Positions 12,241-22,194 of a DNA stretch of 53,006 nucleotides are shown one piece after another; position 1 is the first letter of the stretch; every line of letters begins with the position of its first letter. A program made the translations under genes and the position numbers. The notes under the pieces were generated by a model, which saw nothing but the letters and a program-made list of their open reading frames with translations, had not been told where the DNA came from and did not search any database. The DNA is from Gammaproteobacteria bacterium (GTDB lineage Bacteria; Pseudomonadota; Gammaproteobacteria; GCA-001735895): assembly GCA_047639625.1 (NCBI GenBank), contig JBLIOG010000003.1, positions 1-53,006 on the forward strand, written 5' to 3'.

Positions 12241-12249
12241 CTAAAACTA

Positions 12250-13353
12250 ATGGCCAAATTAAAACAGGAAAAAATTATTGTAGGCATGTCTGGGGGGGTC
12301 GACTCTTCTGTGTCTGCATACCTTCTGAAAGAAGAAGGTTATAAAGTCGAAGGCCTTTTCATGAAAAACTGGGAGGAAGACGATACTCAGGAATATTGCT
12401 CAGCGACGGTTGATCTTGCGGATGCACAAAAAGTATGTGACCAACTGAACATCAAACTTCATGCCGTCAATTTTTCATCAGAATACTGGGACAATGTTTT
12501 TGAATATTTTCTGGCTGAATATAAAAATGGTCGGACCCCAAATCCGGATGTGATGTGCAACAAAGAAATAAAATTTGGTGCATTTTTAGATCACGCGATA
12601 AATCTCGGAGCCAGTCGAATTGCAACCGGTCACTACGTTAGAAACAGAAATACAGACGGGACTTTCGAATTATTAAGAGGTCTCGATCATAATAAAGATC
12701 AGTCGTATTTCCTGTACGCTTTAAATCAGCAACAAATTGGTAGTGCCCTGTTTCCTGTAGGGTCGATAGTGAAATCAGAAGTACGTTCAATTGCAGAATC
12801 TCAGGGGTTTGATGTTTTCAGTAAAAAAGACAGCACCGGAATTTGCTTCATTGGTGAGCGAAAGTTTAAAGATTTCCTGGAAAAATTTCTCCCCGCTCAA
12901 CCTGGGAAAATCATGACTCTCGACGGATCAGAAATTGGTGAACATTCAGGCTTGATGTATTACACCATCGGACAAAGACAGGGCCTCGGTATTGGTGGAA
13001 CACAGCAGGGCACCGACGATCCCTGGTATGTTGTTGAAAAAATCCTCGGGCGTAATGAACTAATCGTTACTCAGGGTCACAACCATCCCAGCCTTTTTTT
13101 TAATGCCTGCAGCATTATCCATTCCAACTGGATTAATGGGAATGAGCCTGAGCATGAATTCACCTGTACGGCCAAAATTCGTTATCGACAGAATGACTCA
13201 ACCTGCGTCGTGAAATTAAACGCATCTAATACTGGCAAAGTAATTTTTGATTCACCTCAACGTGCTATAACCGCAGGACAGGCAATGGTTTTCTACGATA
13301 ACGAAATTTGCCTCGGTGGCGCTACGATCGATGCTGCCTACCAGGCTAATTAA
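12250..13353 (+). CDS. mnmA: tRNA-specific 2-thiouridylase
   Basis: [35 protein letters not shown]. Confidence 0.98.
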   Translation: MAKLKQEKIIVGMSGGVDSSVSAYLLKEEGYKVEGLFMKNWEEDDTQEYCSATVDLADAQKVCDQLNIKLHAVNFSSEYWDNVFEYFLAEYKNGRTPNPDVMCNKEIKFGAFLDHAINLGASRIATGHYVRNRNTDGTFELLRGLDHNKDQSYFLYALNQQQIGSALFPVGSIVKSEVRSIAESQGFDVFSKKDSTGICFIGERKFKDFLEKFLPAQPGKIMTLDGSEIGEHSGLMYYTIGQRQGLGIGGTQQGTDDPWYVVEKILGRNELIVTQGHNHPSLFFNACSIIHSNWINGNEPEHEFTCTAKIRYRQNDSTCVVKLNASNTGKVIFDSPQRAITAGQAMVFYDNEICLGGATIDAAYQAN

Positions 13354-13991
13354 TGAATTCACTACACAATCAGGGCATTGCGCTAGCGGGGATGTTCCAG
13401 GCTGCGACCTTAATCGATGACATCGCGCATCGAGGTCAATGTCCATCAGAAATTTTCGAGCCCTGTTTTGATAGCTTGTTTGAGTTTGAAGCATCATCCG
13501 GCATAGAAATATTTGGCAATTTAAGTAATATCAGTTTTGGGTTACAGGAAGCGCTCAATTTTTTGACGGGTAATCGAACTCAACAAACCGCCACGATTCC
13601 CTATTATTTGTTTTCAGCCCTGAAACTGAGCGACCAAATCATCAGTAATGCTTCTATTCGTGATGAAATTACACGGGAGCTCCGGCAGGTTGCAGAACAG
13701 ACTGAATCCTTCGAATTACCCCTTTCAAATTGTATTAGCAAAGTAGGCGGCCTTTATCAAAAAATTATAAGCCCGCTCTCGCCACGAATAATAGTCAAAG
13801 GGAACCCCAATTATTTAACCAATGAAAATAATGCAGCTCGGGTTAGAGCACTCATATTGTGTGTTATCCGCTCAGCTGTTTTATGGAAACAGTCTGGAGG
13901 TAGTAAATGGAGGATTCTGTTTTTTAGAAAAAAGCTTTCGAATATTATTCAGGAATTACTCAACGAAGCGCAATTACCCAATAGTCAATAG
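13353..13991 (+). CDS. hflD: High-frequency lysogenization protein HflD
   Basis: ALAGMFQAA, IRSAVLWKQSGG; follows mnmA. Confidence 0.9.
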   Translation: MNSLHNQGIALAGMFQAATLIDDIAHRGQCPSEIFEPCFDSLFEFEASSGIEIFGNLSNISFGLQEALNFLTGNRTQQTATIPYYLFSALKLSDQIISNASIRDEITRELRQVAEQTESFELPLSNCISKVGGLYQKIISPLSPRIIVKGNPNYLTNENNAARVRALILCVIRSAVLWKQSGGSKWRILFFRKKLSNIIQELLNEAQLPNSQ

Positions 13992-13993
13992 TG

Positions 13994-14467
13994 TCAGGCG
14001 CGAAGCTCGTTCAATAAACCCTGGCAAGCATCGTCGAGCATTTGAAATACAATTTCGAACCCATCGTCGCCGTAGTAAGGATCCGGCACCTCATTGTTAG
14101 AATACTGAGTGGCATAACTCATCATCATAACTACTTTTATCCTATGGTTCTCCGGTGCAAGAGCGCATAACTCGGCATAGTTCGACCTGTCCATAGCAAC
14201 GATATAATCAAATATTTCAAAATCCTGCTGCTCAATTTGACGCGAACGTTGGCTGCTTAAATCAATGCCATTTTTTAATGCCGTCGCTGATGATCTAGAA
14301 TCTGGCAAATTACCGGTGTGATAACTGTGAGTTCCAGACGAATCGATATTAAACTGATCGGAAAGGCCATCATGGTTAACTTTATTTTCAAATATCCCCT
14401 GTGCAGTCGGAGATCGGCAAATATTGCCCATACAAACGAAAAGTATTTTCTGTTTTGGAGGATTCAT
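13994..14467 (-). CDS. Low-molecular-weight protein-tyrosine phosphatase
   Basis: VCMGNICRSP P-loop and VPDPYY. Confidence 0.93.
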   Translation of the reverse strand: MNPPKQKILFVCMGNICRSPTAQGIFENKVNHDGLSDQFNIDSSGTHSYHTGNLPDSRSSATALKNGIDLSSQRSRQIEQQDFEIFDYIVAMDRSNYAELCALAPENHRIKVVMMMSYATQYSNNEVPDPYYGDDGFEIVFQMLDDACQGLLNELRA

Positions 14468-14521
14468 AATATGAAAAACCTAAATAGAGGAGTTAAAGTA
14501 ACTACGTTTTGTTTGTAACAA

Positions 14522-14926
14522 TTAGACGCTATTACAATTGTAAACGAGGAAAGTTTGAACCCCTTCTTTTATAACAGTTAACGGTACTACGGTATCACCA
14601 CCTAATTTCGCTGCACCGTTTCTGGCAATTTCGGCTAATTCCCGTTTCATCGTCGCTTCTGGTCGTTCTATACCCAATACATGATAAGTAACATTGGTTT
14701 TCGTCTTCCCTACTTCAATACAATTGGCAACATTATCTGGCTGTCTTACTTCCACCATTTCACCTTCAGCGGTGAGTTTTATCGTTGCACAACCAAAGAG
14801 AGATAGTGTCAATATGGACATGAAAATGAAGAGACAAGGTTTGGAGAATGATTTTATTTTTTCAGAGCCGGCTATGAAACCTGATTGATTCCGTTTATTT
14901 ACAATTTGTGATTGAAATTTAGACAC
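14522..14926 (-). CDS. Small lipoprotein, DUF4156-like (true start probably further downstream)
   Basis: LSLFGC lipobox; LTAEGEMV, ARNGAAKLGGDTVV, terminal YNC. Confidence 0.7.
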   Translation of the reverse strand: MSKFQSQIVNKRNQSGFIAGSEKIKSFSKPCLFIFMSILTLSLFGCATIKLTAEGEMVEVRQPDNVANCIEVGKTKTNVTYHVLGIERPEATMKRELAEIARNGAAKLGGDTVVPLTVIKEGVQTFLVYNCNSV

Positions 14927-15057
14927 GTCGGTTACCTGATAATCTGGTTTATAAGGGAGGATAGAGACCTTTAATTATAATGCCCGATAAGCATCAATAC
15001 AATTGTCACTGTTCTCAGCGTCGGTTAGTTTAAGCGAAAGCAGGAAAAGCGAATAGT

Positions 15058-15660
15058 CTAGTTTTCCATACCGGTAAAATTTAGGAGTGCCTTAATATTC
15101 TCGATCCATTGCTGGACGGCCGGAAACTGCGATAAATCGAAACCCCCTTCATGTGCAACATGTGTATAGGCGAAAAGTGAAATATCAGCTAGCGAGGGAG
15201 TTTCACCGACAAGGTATTTTGAAACTAATAAACGTAACTCCATTATTTTAAGTGCCCTTATTCCACCCTTCTGCTTTGATAGATATTCGTCTTTACGTTC
15301 ATCAGGCAACCCTAGATAGTGTTCGATAAATCTCGCGACAGCAATATTGGGTTCATGGGAATATTGCTCGAAAAACATCCATTGCAAGACTCTGGTCTGC
15401 GACTCAACCGCTTCGGGCCAGTATTCACTGTTCTGACCGAGGAAATACAATATTGCATTTGATTCGGTATAAACTTGACCGGATTCATCTGTTAATACGG
15501 GAATAGCACCGCCTGGATTAATCTGTAAAAATTCATCGGTTCGCGTTTCACTTTTCAGAATATCAATTGGAATCCATTCATGATCAATCTCTAAAAGAAC
15601 ACAGAGCAACTTGATTTTGTAACAATTACCCGAAAATATATCGCCGTATATTTTAAGCAT
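15058..15660 (-). CDS. Glutathione S-transferase family protein
   Basis: SGNCYKI, NPGGAIPVL, ESNAILYFL, SLADISLFAYTH. Confidence 0.92.
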   Translation of the reverse strand: MLKIYGDIFSGNCYKIKLLCVLLEIDHEWIPIDILKSETRTDEFLQINPGGAIPVLTDESGQVYTESNAILYFLGQNSEYWPEAVESQTRVLQWMFFEQYSHEPNIAVARFIEHYLGLPDERKDEYLSKQKGGIRALKIMELRLLVSKYLVGETPSLADISLFAYTHVAHEGGFDLSQFPAVQQWIENIKALLNFTGMEN

Positions 15661-15673
15661 AGGGCCTACCGAG

Positions 15674-17614
15674 TTAATAACTAGAACGAACGTCGCCCAT
15701 GCGGCTTGAAATTAAGGTGTCTCTTCCGAATGATTTATCAAACACCGTTGAATAAGCTAACACTGCCTGTACATAGTTTCGAGTTTCTTTAAAGGGAACT
15801 GTTTCTACCCATAGGTCAGCGGGTAATATTTTGTCCCGGGGTAACCAACGCTTTACATTACCAGGGCCGGCATTGTAGGCAGCTGCTGCGAGCGCAACGT
15901 TATTGTCGAAACGCCCCATTACTGATCCGAAATAATGTGTTCCCAGCTTGATATTATTATTTATATTTAAAATGTCATATTGTCGAGGCTTTTTTAAACC
16001 CAGCGATTTCGCAACATAACGGGCTGTCGAAGGCATTAATTGCATAAGGCCTAAAGCCCCTACCCTGGATTTCGCTAAAGGATCAAATAAACTTTCTCGA
16101 CGCATAACACCGTAGATGACTGACGGATCCAGCTTGTTATTTCTAGCGTGATCCATAACAAGGTTTTTGTAGGGCATGGGGAAACGCAAACTGTAGTCAG
16201 ATCTATGAGACGTTTTTGCAACTGTACGAATGGCACTGTCATGCCATTTCCAGCGAGAAGCTAGTACAGCTGCCTGCTTTATCTGACTAGATTTCAATAG
16301 TCGTAATGCCTGAAACCATTCCCGTTTTGCTTCGACCAGGCGATTAACGAAGAATAGCTCCCTGGCTCGCAGAAGATATGGATTGTTTTGGAGAAAAGCT
16401 GATTCATCGATATCAGAGCTTGCAAATACGTCTTCCTGGGTAATCGTGTAACCCTGTTTAACCTTGTCAGATGCCAAAAACCCATAATAGCTGCTAATTG
16501 TAGCAACTTTCGAAAACAAATTTAACGATTCAGAAATTGCGCCTGTTTGCTCTGTGGATCGTGCAAACCAGTATTGCCATTCATTTTCAGATCGAAGTCT
16601 GTCCGGCATAGATTGTATGGTGGACAGTAAACCTTTCCAGTCTTGTTCTCTCAACTGTATTCGGGCTAACCACAGAAAAGCCTGATCATTTTTGAGACGC
16701 TGGGGTAATTTAACTAACAATGCCGCAGCTTCAGGCTGATGTTGGTAAGCAGCGGATAAGGCTATACGTTGATCAATTTGATCTTGTTCAGATTGGGAAA
16801 ATGAATATTTACTCTTTACCACATCCCATAACTTTAAAGCGCTAAGACTGTCTTTTCGAGCTAAGCGATCCAGTCCGTGAACAACGATAGGATAACTATC
16901 AGGGTCGATTTCACGTTCGAGCAAGTCTTTTAAGGTTTTTTCTGGACGTTTATGAGCCTTATACCAAAGCCCAGCCGCCACATGCTGATCAGCGGGTAAT
17001 TTTTTGGCTAGATATCGGGCTAGCCCAGGTCTCCTCGAATGGTAGGCTTTTTTGATTCGACTCCAGATTAATTTTTCATTACCAGGAGTATGTTGCAAGA
17101 GATAATTGAAAGCAGGATCACATTCATCGGGTTGTGAATAGCCACGCAACCAGATTTTTTCAATATCTTTTTCAATATTATCCGTCAGGTTAAGTTTTAG
17201 TCGCGCCTGAAAAGCATGGCATTGCAGGCGAGTATTTTCTCGGTTATCGAAAAACACCAGATATTCTCGCCATTTTTTCTGTTTTGCGAGAAGAGACAAC
17301 CATTTGTTTCGCAGGTGGTAGGCAAAGGGATAACTTTGATAAGTTTCAAGAAATTCCCGAACTTCATCATTCGAAGCATTACGCAGATTTTTTTTAATCT
17401 GTTCATATTTGAGATAGGGTAATAGCGGATAGTCTTTGAGCTTTATCAATCCAGATTCAAAGACTGATAACCGGTTAAGTTTTAATGCCTCGGATGTTTT
17501 TAAAAATAACCGCCGTTGATCTTCAATTTGCCCATGAGCGGACTGAGCAATCATTAAAAAGATTAAACAAACACTCGCTATTAATATTCCTATTGGGGTA
17601 TTTGGGGGGTTCAC
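15674..17614 (-). CDS. slt: Soluble lytic murein transglycosylase (Slt70-type)
   Basis: Signal peptide, helical N-domain, RRES, GLMQLMP, AYNAG, ETRNYV. Confidence 0.93.
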   Translation of the reverse strand: MNPPNTPIGILIASVCLIFLMIAQSAHGQIEDQRRLFLKTSEALKLNRLSVFESGLIKLKDYPLLPYLKYEQIKKNLRNASNDEVREFLETYQSYPFAYHLRNKWLSLLAKQKKWREYLVFFDNRENTRLQCHAFQARLKLNLTDNIEKDIEKIWLRGYSQPDECDPAFNYLLQHTPGNEKLIWSRIKKAYHSRRPGLARYLAKKLPADQHVAAGLWYKAHKRPEKTLKDLLEREIDPDSYPIVVHGLDRLARKDSLSALKLWDVVKSKYSFSQSEQDQIDQRIALSAAYQHQPEAAALLVKLPQRLKNDQAFLWLARIQLREQDWKGLLSTIQSMPDRLRSENEWQYWFARSTEQTGAISESLNLFSKVATISSYYGFLASDKVKQGYTITQEDVFASSDIDESAFLQNNPYLLRARELFFVNRLVEAKREWFQALRLLKSSQIKQAAVLASRWKWHDSAIRTVAKTSHRSDYSLRFPMPYKNLVMDHARNNKLDPSVIYGVMRRESLFDPLAKSRVGALGLMQLMPSTARYVAKSLGLKKPRQYDILNINNNIKLGTHYFGSVMGRFDNNVALAAAAYNAGPGNVKRWLPRDKILPADLWVETVPFKETRNYVQAVLAYSTVFDKSFGRDTLISSRMGDVRSSY

Positions 17615-17820
17615 CGTTGCCTACTCAATGTTTTAATAGGAAAATTACGAATCGTAGAAACTAACATTCTAGATTAAAGAGTAGTCATAAATTATTGAAC
17701 TAGCAAGTAATTTTGGAATATATGAAAGGTTTGTTTATCGAAACTTTCAGATTTGGCAATAAAATTCAGGTCTTTCCAAAAAAGGTATTTGGCCGTAATC
17801 TATTCAGGTATAAATTGGTT

Positions 17821-17858
17821 TTGTCATTCCATGACAATAATTAGAGATTAAGTATAAT
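17821..17858 (+). promoter_or_regulatory. Sigma70-like promoter overlapped by a 7-3-7 palindrome
   Basis: ATGACA (17831-36), 16 nt, TATAAT (17853-58); TTGTCAT-TCC-ATGACAA inverted repeat at 17821-17837. Confidence 0.5.
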
Positions 17859-17912
17859 AACCGCACTCGTTAACAACGGGTGTAAACAGACAACTCATCC
17901 GAGAGAACCACT

Positions 17913-18017
17913 ATGGATAATGATGACACAATAATATTGACCCCAGAAGAAAAGGATAAAATTCTCATCGAGAGCAGTGAAGAATCAAATCAGGATGATC
18001 CCGGTGAGGAGGATTAA
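17913..18017 (+). CDS. Putative 34-aa highly acidic small protein (not in ORF track)
   Basis: MDNDDTIILTPEEKDKILIESSEESNQDDPGEED; GAGAG 7 nt upstream; promoter-like elements upstream. Confidence 0.5.
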   Translation: MDNDDTIILTPEEKDKILIESSEESNQDDPGEED

Positions 18018-18073
18018 CTAAACTACTGTAAACAAAGACAGTCCACATCACGTCCAGTATTTACCTGGGTCCG

Positions 18074-18412
18074 TTAAAATGCGGTACTGACAGGGAATTC
18101 ACATCGAATTGCCTGAGCCGAGGCAATAAATTCACCAATATCCAGCCTTTGAGTAAAAGTTACATAAACTCCGGTTGCCCCAATAGATCCTGCCGCCCTT
18201 CTAAAGTTGTCTATCAGTGAATCGAGTGAATAATATCCCCCGCTGGTATTTAAATATCCTACTATTTCATAATTACAATCAGGGCGCTTCGCATAGTGCA
18301 ATTCAACACTATCTGGTTTAACTGCTTCGTGATTAAAATCTATCTGAGTGCTGATTTTTGAGCAAGCCGAAAGCATTACAAGGACAACTGTTAACAGAGT
18401 AAGATTTTTCAT
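18074..18412 (-). CDS. Small lipoprotein of unknown function
   Basis: MK start, hydrophobic core, LSAC lipobox; CNYEIVG and AAGSIGATGV. Confidence 0.75.
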   Translation of the reverse strand: MKNLTLLTVVLVMLSACSKISTQIDFNHEAVKPDSVELHYAKRPDCNYEIVGYLNTSGGYYSLDSLIDNFRRAAGSIGATGVYVTFTQRLDIGEFIASAQAIRCEFPVSTAF

Positions 18413-18495
18413 AATATCTGTAACGGCAAAATACAGAAATTATTAATTTATTTCGACCAGGCCTGCCTGCTTCTTATTGGTTCTATAGATAACAT

Positions 18496-19788
18496 TCATG
18501 CTTGCTCTATGGCTTTCACAATAACTAAGCACAGGGTGTCGAGGTCATCATCATTGATAATGTAAGGTGGCATTAAATACACGAGTCGTCCAAATGGTCT
18601 TATCCAGACGCCTTGAGCAACAAAAAACTGGGTGATCTTTTCCATATCGACTGGCGTCTTTAGCTCTACAACACCGATAGCGCCAAGAACCCTAACATCA
18701 ACGACTGAAGCATGGTTCAAACAGGGACTAAGACCGGCCAGCAAGCGATTTGAAATACTTTGAACCCGTAACTCCCAATCCTGATTCATGAGTAAGTCTA
18801 TGCTCGCTGAAGCAACCGCACAGGCCAGGGGATTTCCCATAAATGTAGGCCCGTGCATAAAAACGCCTGGATCGGCACCGTCTATTTTATTGCTAATTTC
18901 AGGGGTCGTTAAAGTCGCGGCTAACGTCATATACCCACCCGTCATAGCTTTTCCAATACACATAATATCAGGCGTAATCTCAGCATGATGGGACGCAAAC
19001 ATCTTGCCAGTACGCCCGAACCCAGTTGCTATTTCATCTACAATCAAAAGAACCTCATATTGGTCACAAAGTCGCCTGACTTCGGATAAATAGGACGCCG
19101 AGTAGATCTTCATGCCACCGGCCCCTTGCACTATTGGCTCAAGGATAAAGGCAGCAATTGAAGAAGCTTTTGACTTTAAGGTAGATTCCACTGCTTCCAG
19201 ATCTGATGAATTTGCAGAGCCCCCAAAACGGCATGAAGGTGACGGTACAAAATGTTGTTGTTTCAGAGCCTCTGAAAACAATCCATGCATGCCCGTAACC
19301 GGGTCACATACCGACATGGCGCCAAAAGTATCACCGTGATATCCGTTTCGAATGGTCATAAATTGTTGCTTTGCGGGTAGATTCGATGCATTCCAGTACT
19401 GAATTGCCATTTTCATCGCTACCTCTACTGATACCGATCCTGAATCGGAGAGAAATACCGAAGACAAGCCTTGCGGTACAATTTTCAGTAATCTCTTAAC
19501 CAGCTCGACCGCAGGTTTGTGGGTCAATCCGCCAAACATCACATGTGACATAAGTTGGGACTGGTCAATGAGTGCTTTGTTTAGCCGCGGATGATTATAG
19601 CCATGCAAGGCGCACCACCAGGATGACATTCCATCGATGAGTTCCTTTCCGTTAAATAGTTTTAACCTGACTCCAGAGGCAGATTCGACTGTATAAATTG
19701 AACTATCTGAATGCATGGCGCTGTACGGATGCCAGATATGTTTATCATCAATTTCGGCTATTTCGAACAAGGGTGTTACTGATTTCAC
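18496..19788 (-). CDS. bioA: Adenosylmethionine-8-amino-7-oxononanoate aminotransferase (start uncertain; GTG 19788 chosen)
   Basis: IWHPY, MSSWW, DSGSVSVEVAMK, DEIATGFGRTG, HGPTFMGNPLAC. Confidence 0.95.
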   Translation of the reverse strand: MKSVTPLFEIAEIDDKHIWHPYSAMHSDSSIYTVESASGVRLKLFNGKELIDGMSSWWCALHGYNHPRLNKALIDQSQLMSHVMFGGLTHKPAVELVKRLLKIVPQGLSSVFLSDSGSVSVEVAMKMAIQYWNASNLPAKQQFMTIRNGYHGDTFGAMSVCDPVTGMHGLFSEALKQQHFVPSPSCRFGGSANSSDLEAVESTLKSKASSIAAFILEPIVQGAGGMKIYSASYLSEVRRLCDQYEVLLIVDEIATGFGRTGKMFASHHAEITPDIMCIGKAMTGGYMTLAATLTTPEISNKIDGADPGVFMHGPTFMGNPLACAVASASIDLLMNQDWELRVQSISNRLLAGLSPCLNHASVVDVRVLGAIGVVELKTPVDMEKITQFFVAQGVWIRPFGRLVYLMPPYIINDDDLDTLCLVIVKAIEQA

Positions 19789-19962
19789 TGGATATACTCT
19801 GGCAAGAGGACTGGAACAAACTGGCGAAGCATAATGCTGGCGCATCGCAGTTGGCAAAGCAACAAAATGGTCTGAAATTTTATGCGAGATTATCGAAACA
19901 AATAAAAGTTGCGACTGGCAATAAGGATGGCTTAAATGCTTAACAAGTTTGAAGTTACGAGG

Positions 19963-20565
19963 TCATGCAGAATATAAAGCTCCAGATTCATTTTTAATGA
20001 AATCAACAACAAGATCGCCTGCTAAAGTTCCGGCTTCTTTTTCCACCATGGGTAAAGAAAAGTTACCTTTGTCTGGATTATATCTAGCCTGTAATAGTAC
20101 GGGCCCCTGATCAAAACATTCATTTAACTGGTGGATAGTGACACCGGAAATTTTTGCCGCTGATTTTAATTGTTCGCCAATGGGATCAGGTCCAGGAAAT
20201 AACGGTAACAGTGATGGATGAAGGTTTAAGGCTCGGCGCTTGACAAGGCGATAGAGTATTGGCTTTAAAAGATAAGGCCAGCAAGCCACAATCAGGTAAT
20301 CATAAAGGGTGGATTGTAATTCATCGAATAATGCTTCGTTGTCATGGGCAGGAGCCCAGATAACTTTGCAACCATAATAGCGAAGTTTAGTAACAAACGG
20401 TAAATCAGGAGAATCTAAAACAATCCCGGTATTGTGATTCTGATCAATCGATTTCCCGTAAAATGGTATAGCCGCGGTAATGGGCACCAAGTCCCTGAAA
20501 ATTAACTGGTCAAAAACTGCTTCGGAGTATGAGCTTCCATTACCGAAAAAGATTATTATTGTCAT
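19963..20565 (-). CDS. Stand-alone formyltransferase-family protein (N-terminal domain only)
   Basis: LNLHPSLLP and GVTIH...FDQGP motifs; 200 aa, no Fmt C-terminal domain. Confidence 0.8.
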   Translation of the reverse strand: MTIIIFFGNGSSYSEAVFDQLIFRDLVPITAAIPFYGKSIDQNHNTGIVLDSPDLPFVTKLRYYGCKVIWAPAHDNEALFDELQSTLYDYLIVACWPYLLKPILYRLVKRRALNLHPSLLPLFPGPDPIGEQLKSAAKISGVTIHQLNECFDQGPVLLQARYNPDKGNFSLPMVEKEAGTLAGDLVVDFIKNESGALYSA

Positions 20566-20571
20566 TACCTC

Positions 20572-21108
20572 TTAAATCGAATCCATCAGGTATTGATTTT
20601 TTTCGAGCTCATCGCAAAACCCAAAGTATCGGAAATCAGTCATTCTTTGGGGATATAAATAGCCATTTAAATGATCACACTCATGCTGTACAACCCTTGC
20701 ATGAAATCCTTCGACAATTCGATCTATCGCCTGTCCATGTTCATCGAGACCGATATATCGAATGTTATTATAACGCGAAACCAATCCACGCAGACCAGGG
20801 ACGCTTAAACACCCTTCCCATCCAGATTCCATTACACTATCTATCACTTCGATTTCGGGGTTGATAAGAACCGTTAAAGGGACATCAGGCGCCTCGGGAT
20901 AACGCTCATTTTTTTCAAATCCAAAAATTACAACCTGTAAGTTCACTCCGATTTGTGGGGCAGCCAATCCGGCACCATTTAATGAATGCATAGTGTCCCA
21001 CATATCGACAAGTAATCGTTTTACTTCGTCAGAACCAGGATCACTCACCTTCAGAGACTTCTTTAACAGGCCAGCTTCGCCCATTCGTAACACTGACTTA
21101 ATGGCCAT
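20572..21108 (-). CDS. def: Peptide deformylase
   Basis: GAGLAAPQIG, EGCLSVP, QHECDHL. Confidence 0.96.
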   Translation of the reverse strand: MAIKSVLRMGEAGLLKKSLKVSDPGSDEVKRLLVDMWDTMHSLNGAGLAAPQIGVNLQVVIFGFEKNERYPEAPDVPLTVLINPEIEVIDSVMESGWEGCLSVPGLRGLVSRYNNIRYIGLDEHGQAIDRIVEGFHARVVQHECDHLNGYLYPQRMTDFRYFGFCDELEKNQYLMDSI

Positions 21109-21234
21109 AACTATCTCGCAAATAATTTATCCTGCAGATTTTAGCCGATTTAAGGTCCACGAGGCGATGTCAAATTGCTCAATTTTCGTCGAGATGATAT
21201 AAGTTTCCTTTATTTTGATTTCAAGGCTAGATCC

Positions 21235-22194
21235 ATGTCAGAAAATTCGAAAACGATAGAACCCGTCAGTGGCACCATCGTTCCGCGTTATGCCGGACCT
21301 TCTACTTATTGTCGTTTACCCGAGTTACGGGATGTAAACCGATGTGATGTTGCTATTCTTGGGATACCTTTCGATTCGGGCACCAGTTATCGCCCAGGCG
21401 CGCGATTTGGGCCGCAGGCCATCAGACAGGCTTCGCGGCACCTTCGAACCAACTTCCATCCCGCTTATGACACGGAGCCTTTTAAACAACTTCAAGTAGC
21501 CGATGCAGGGGATGTTGCCTGCAACCCTTATAATATTGAAGAGGCTATTCAGCAAATTGAGGCTGCCGCTGATGACTTGCACAGTAAATCTGATGCGATT
21601 GTCAGCCTTGGTGGTGATCATACAATTGCAGTGCCACTATTACGCTCTATAAATAAGAAATTTGGTTGTGTTGCACTGGTTCATTTTGACGCTCATCTCG
21701 ATACCTGGGATACCTACTTTGGCGCGCCTTATACCCACGGCACCCCGTTTAGACGGGCTGCTGAGGAAGGATTATTTCTTGACGATGCTTCCATGCATGT
21801 CGGTATTAGGGGGCCCCTCTATAGTCGTGAAGATTTAAAAAACGACGAAGAGTTTGGATTCAAGATCGTCCACTGCGACGAACTACAAAATCATGGTGTC
21901 GATCATGTTGTTAAAAGAATCAGAGACCGGGTGGGTGATAACCCCCTCTATCTGTCAATCGATATTGATGTATTGGATCCTGCTCACGCGCCGGGTACAG
22001 GAACACCAGAGATTGCAGGCCTCACCAGCCGCGAATTGGTTAATATTATTCGAGGTTTAAAAGGACTTAACCTCGTGGGCGCTGATATTGTGGAAGTCGC
22101 CCCCGCTTATGATCATGCTGAAATAACGTCACTCGCTGCTGCCACAATCGCCTTCGAAATGATTAACTTAATAGCGACCAGGCCGGCCCGTTAA
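21235..22194 (+). CDS. speB: Agmatinase/ureohydrolase family protein
   Basis: RPGARFGP, GGDH, DAHLD, DIDVLDP, PGTGTP; exact substrate not determinable. Confidence 0.8.
   Translation: MSENSKTIEPVSGTIVPRYAGPSTYCRLPELRDVNRCDVAILGIPFDSGTSYRPGARFGPQAIRQASRHLRTNFHPAYDTEPFKQLQVADAGDVACNPYNIEEAIQQIEAAADDLHSKSDAIVSLGGDHTIAVPLLRSINKKFGCVALVHFDAHLDTWDTYFGAPYTHGTPFRRAAEEGLFLDDASMHVGIRGPLYSREDLKNDEEFGFKIVHCDELQNHGVDHVVKRIRDRVGDNPLYLSIDIDVLDPAHAPGTGTPEIAGLTSRELVNIIRGLKGLNLVGADIVEVAPAYDHAEITSLAAATIAFEMINLIATRPAR

Noticed and set aside
19698-19943. 81-aa plus-strand ORF
   Set aside because: TTG start, antisense to the bioA 5' end, no recognisable motif.
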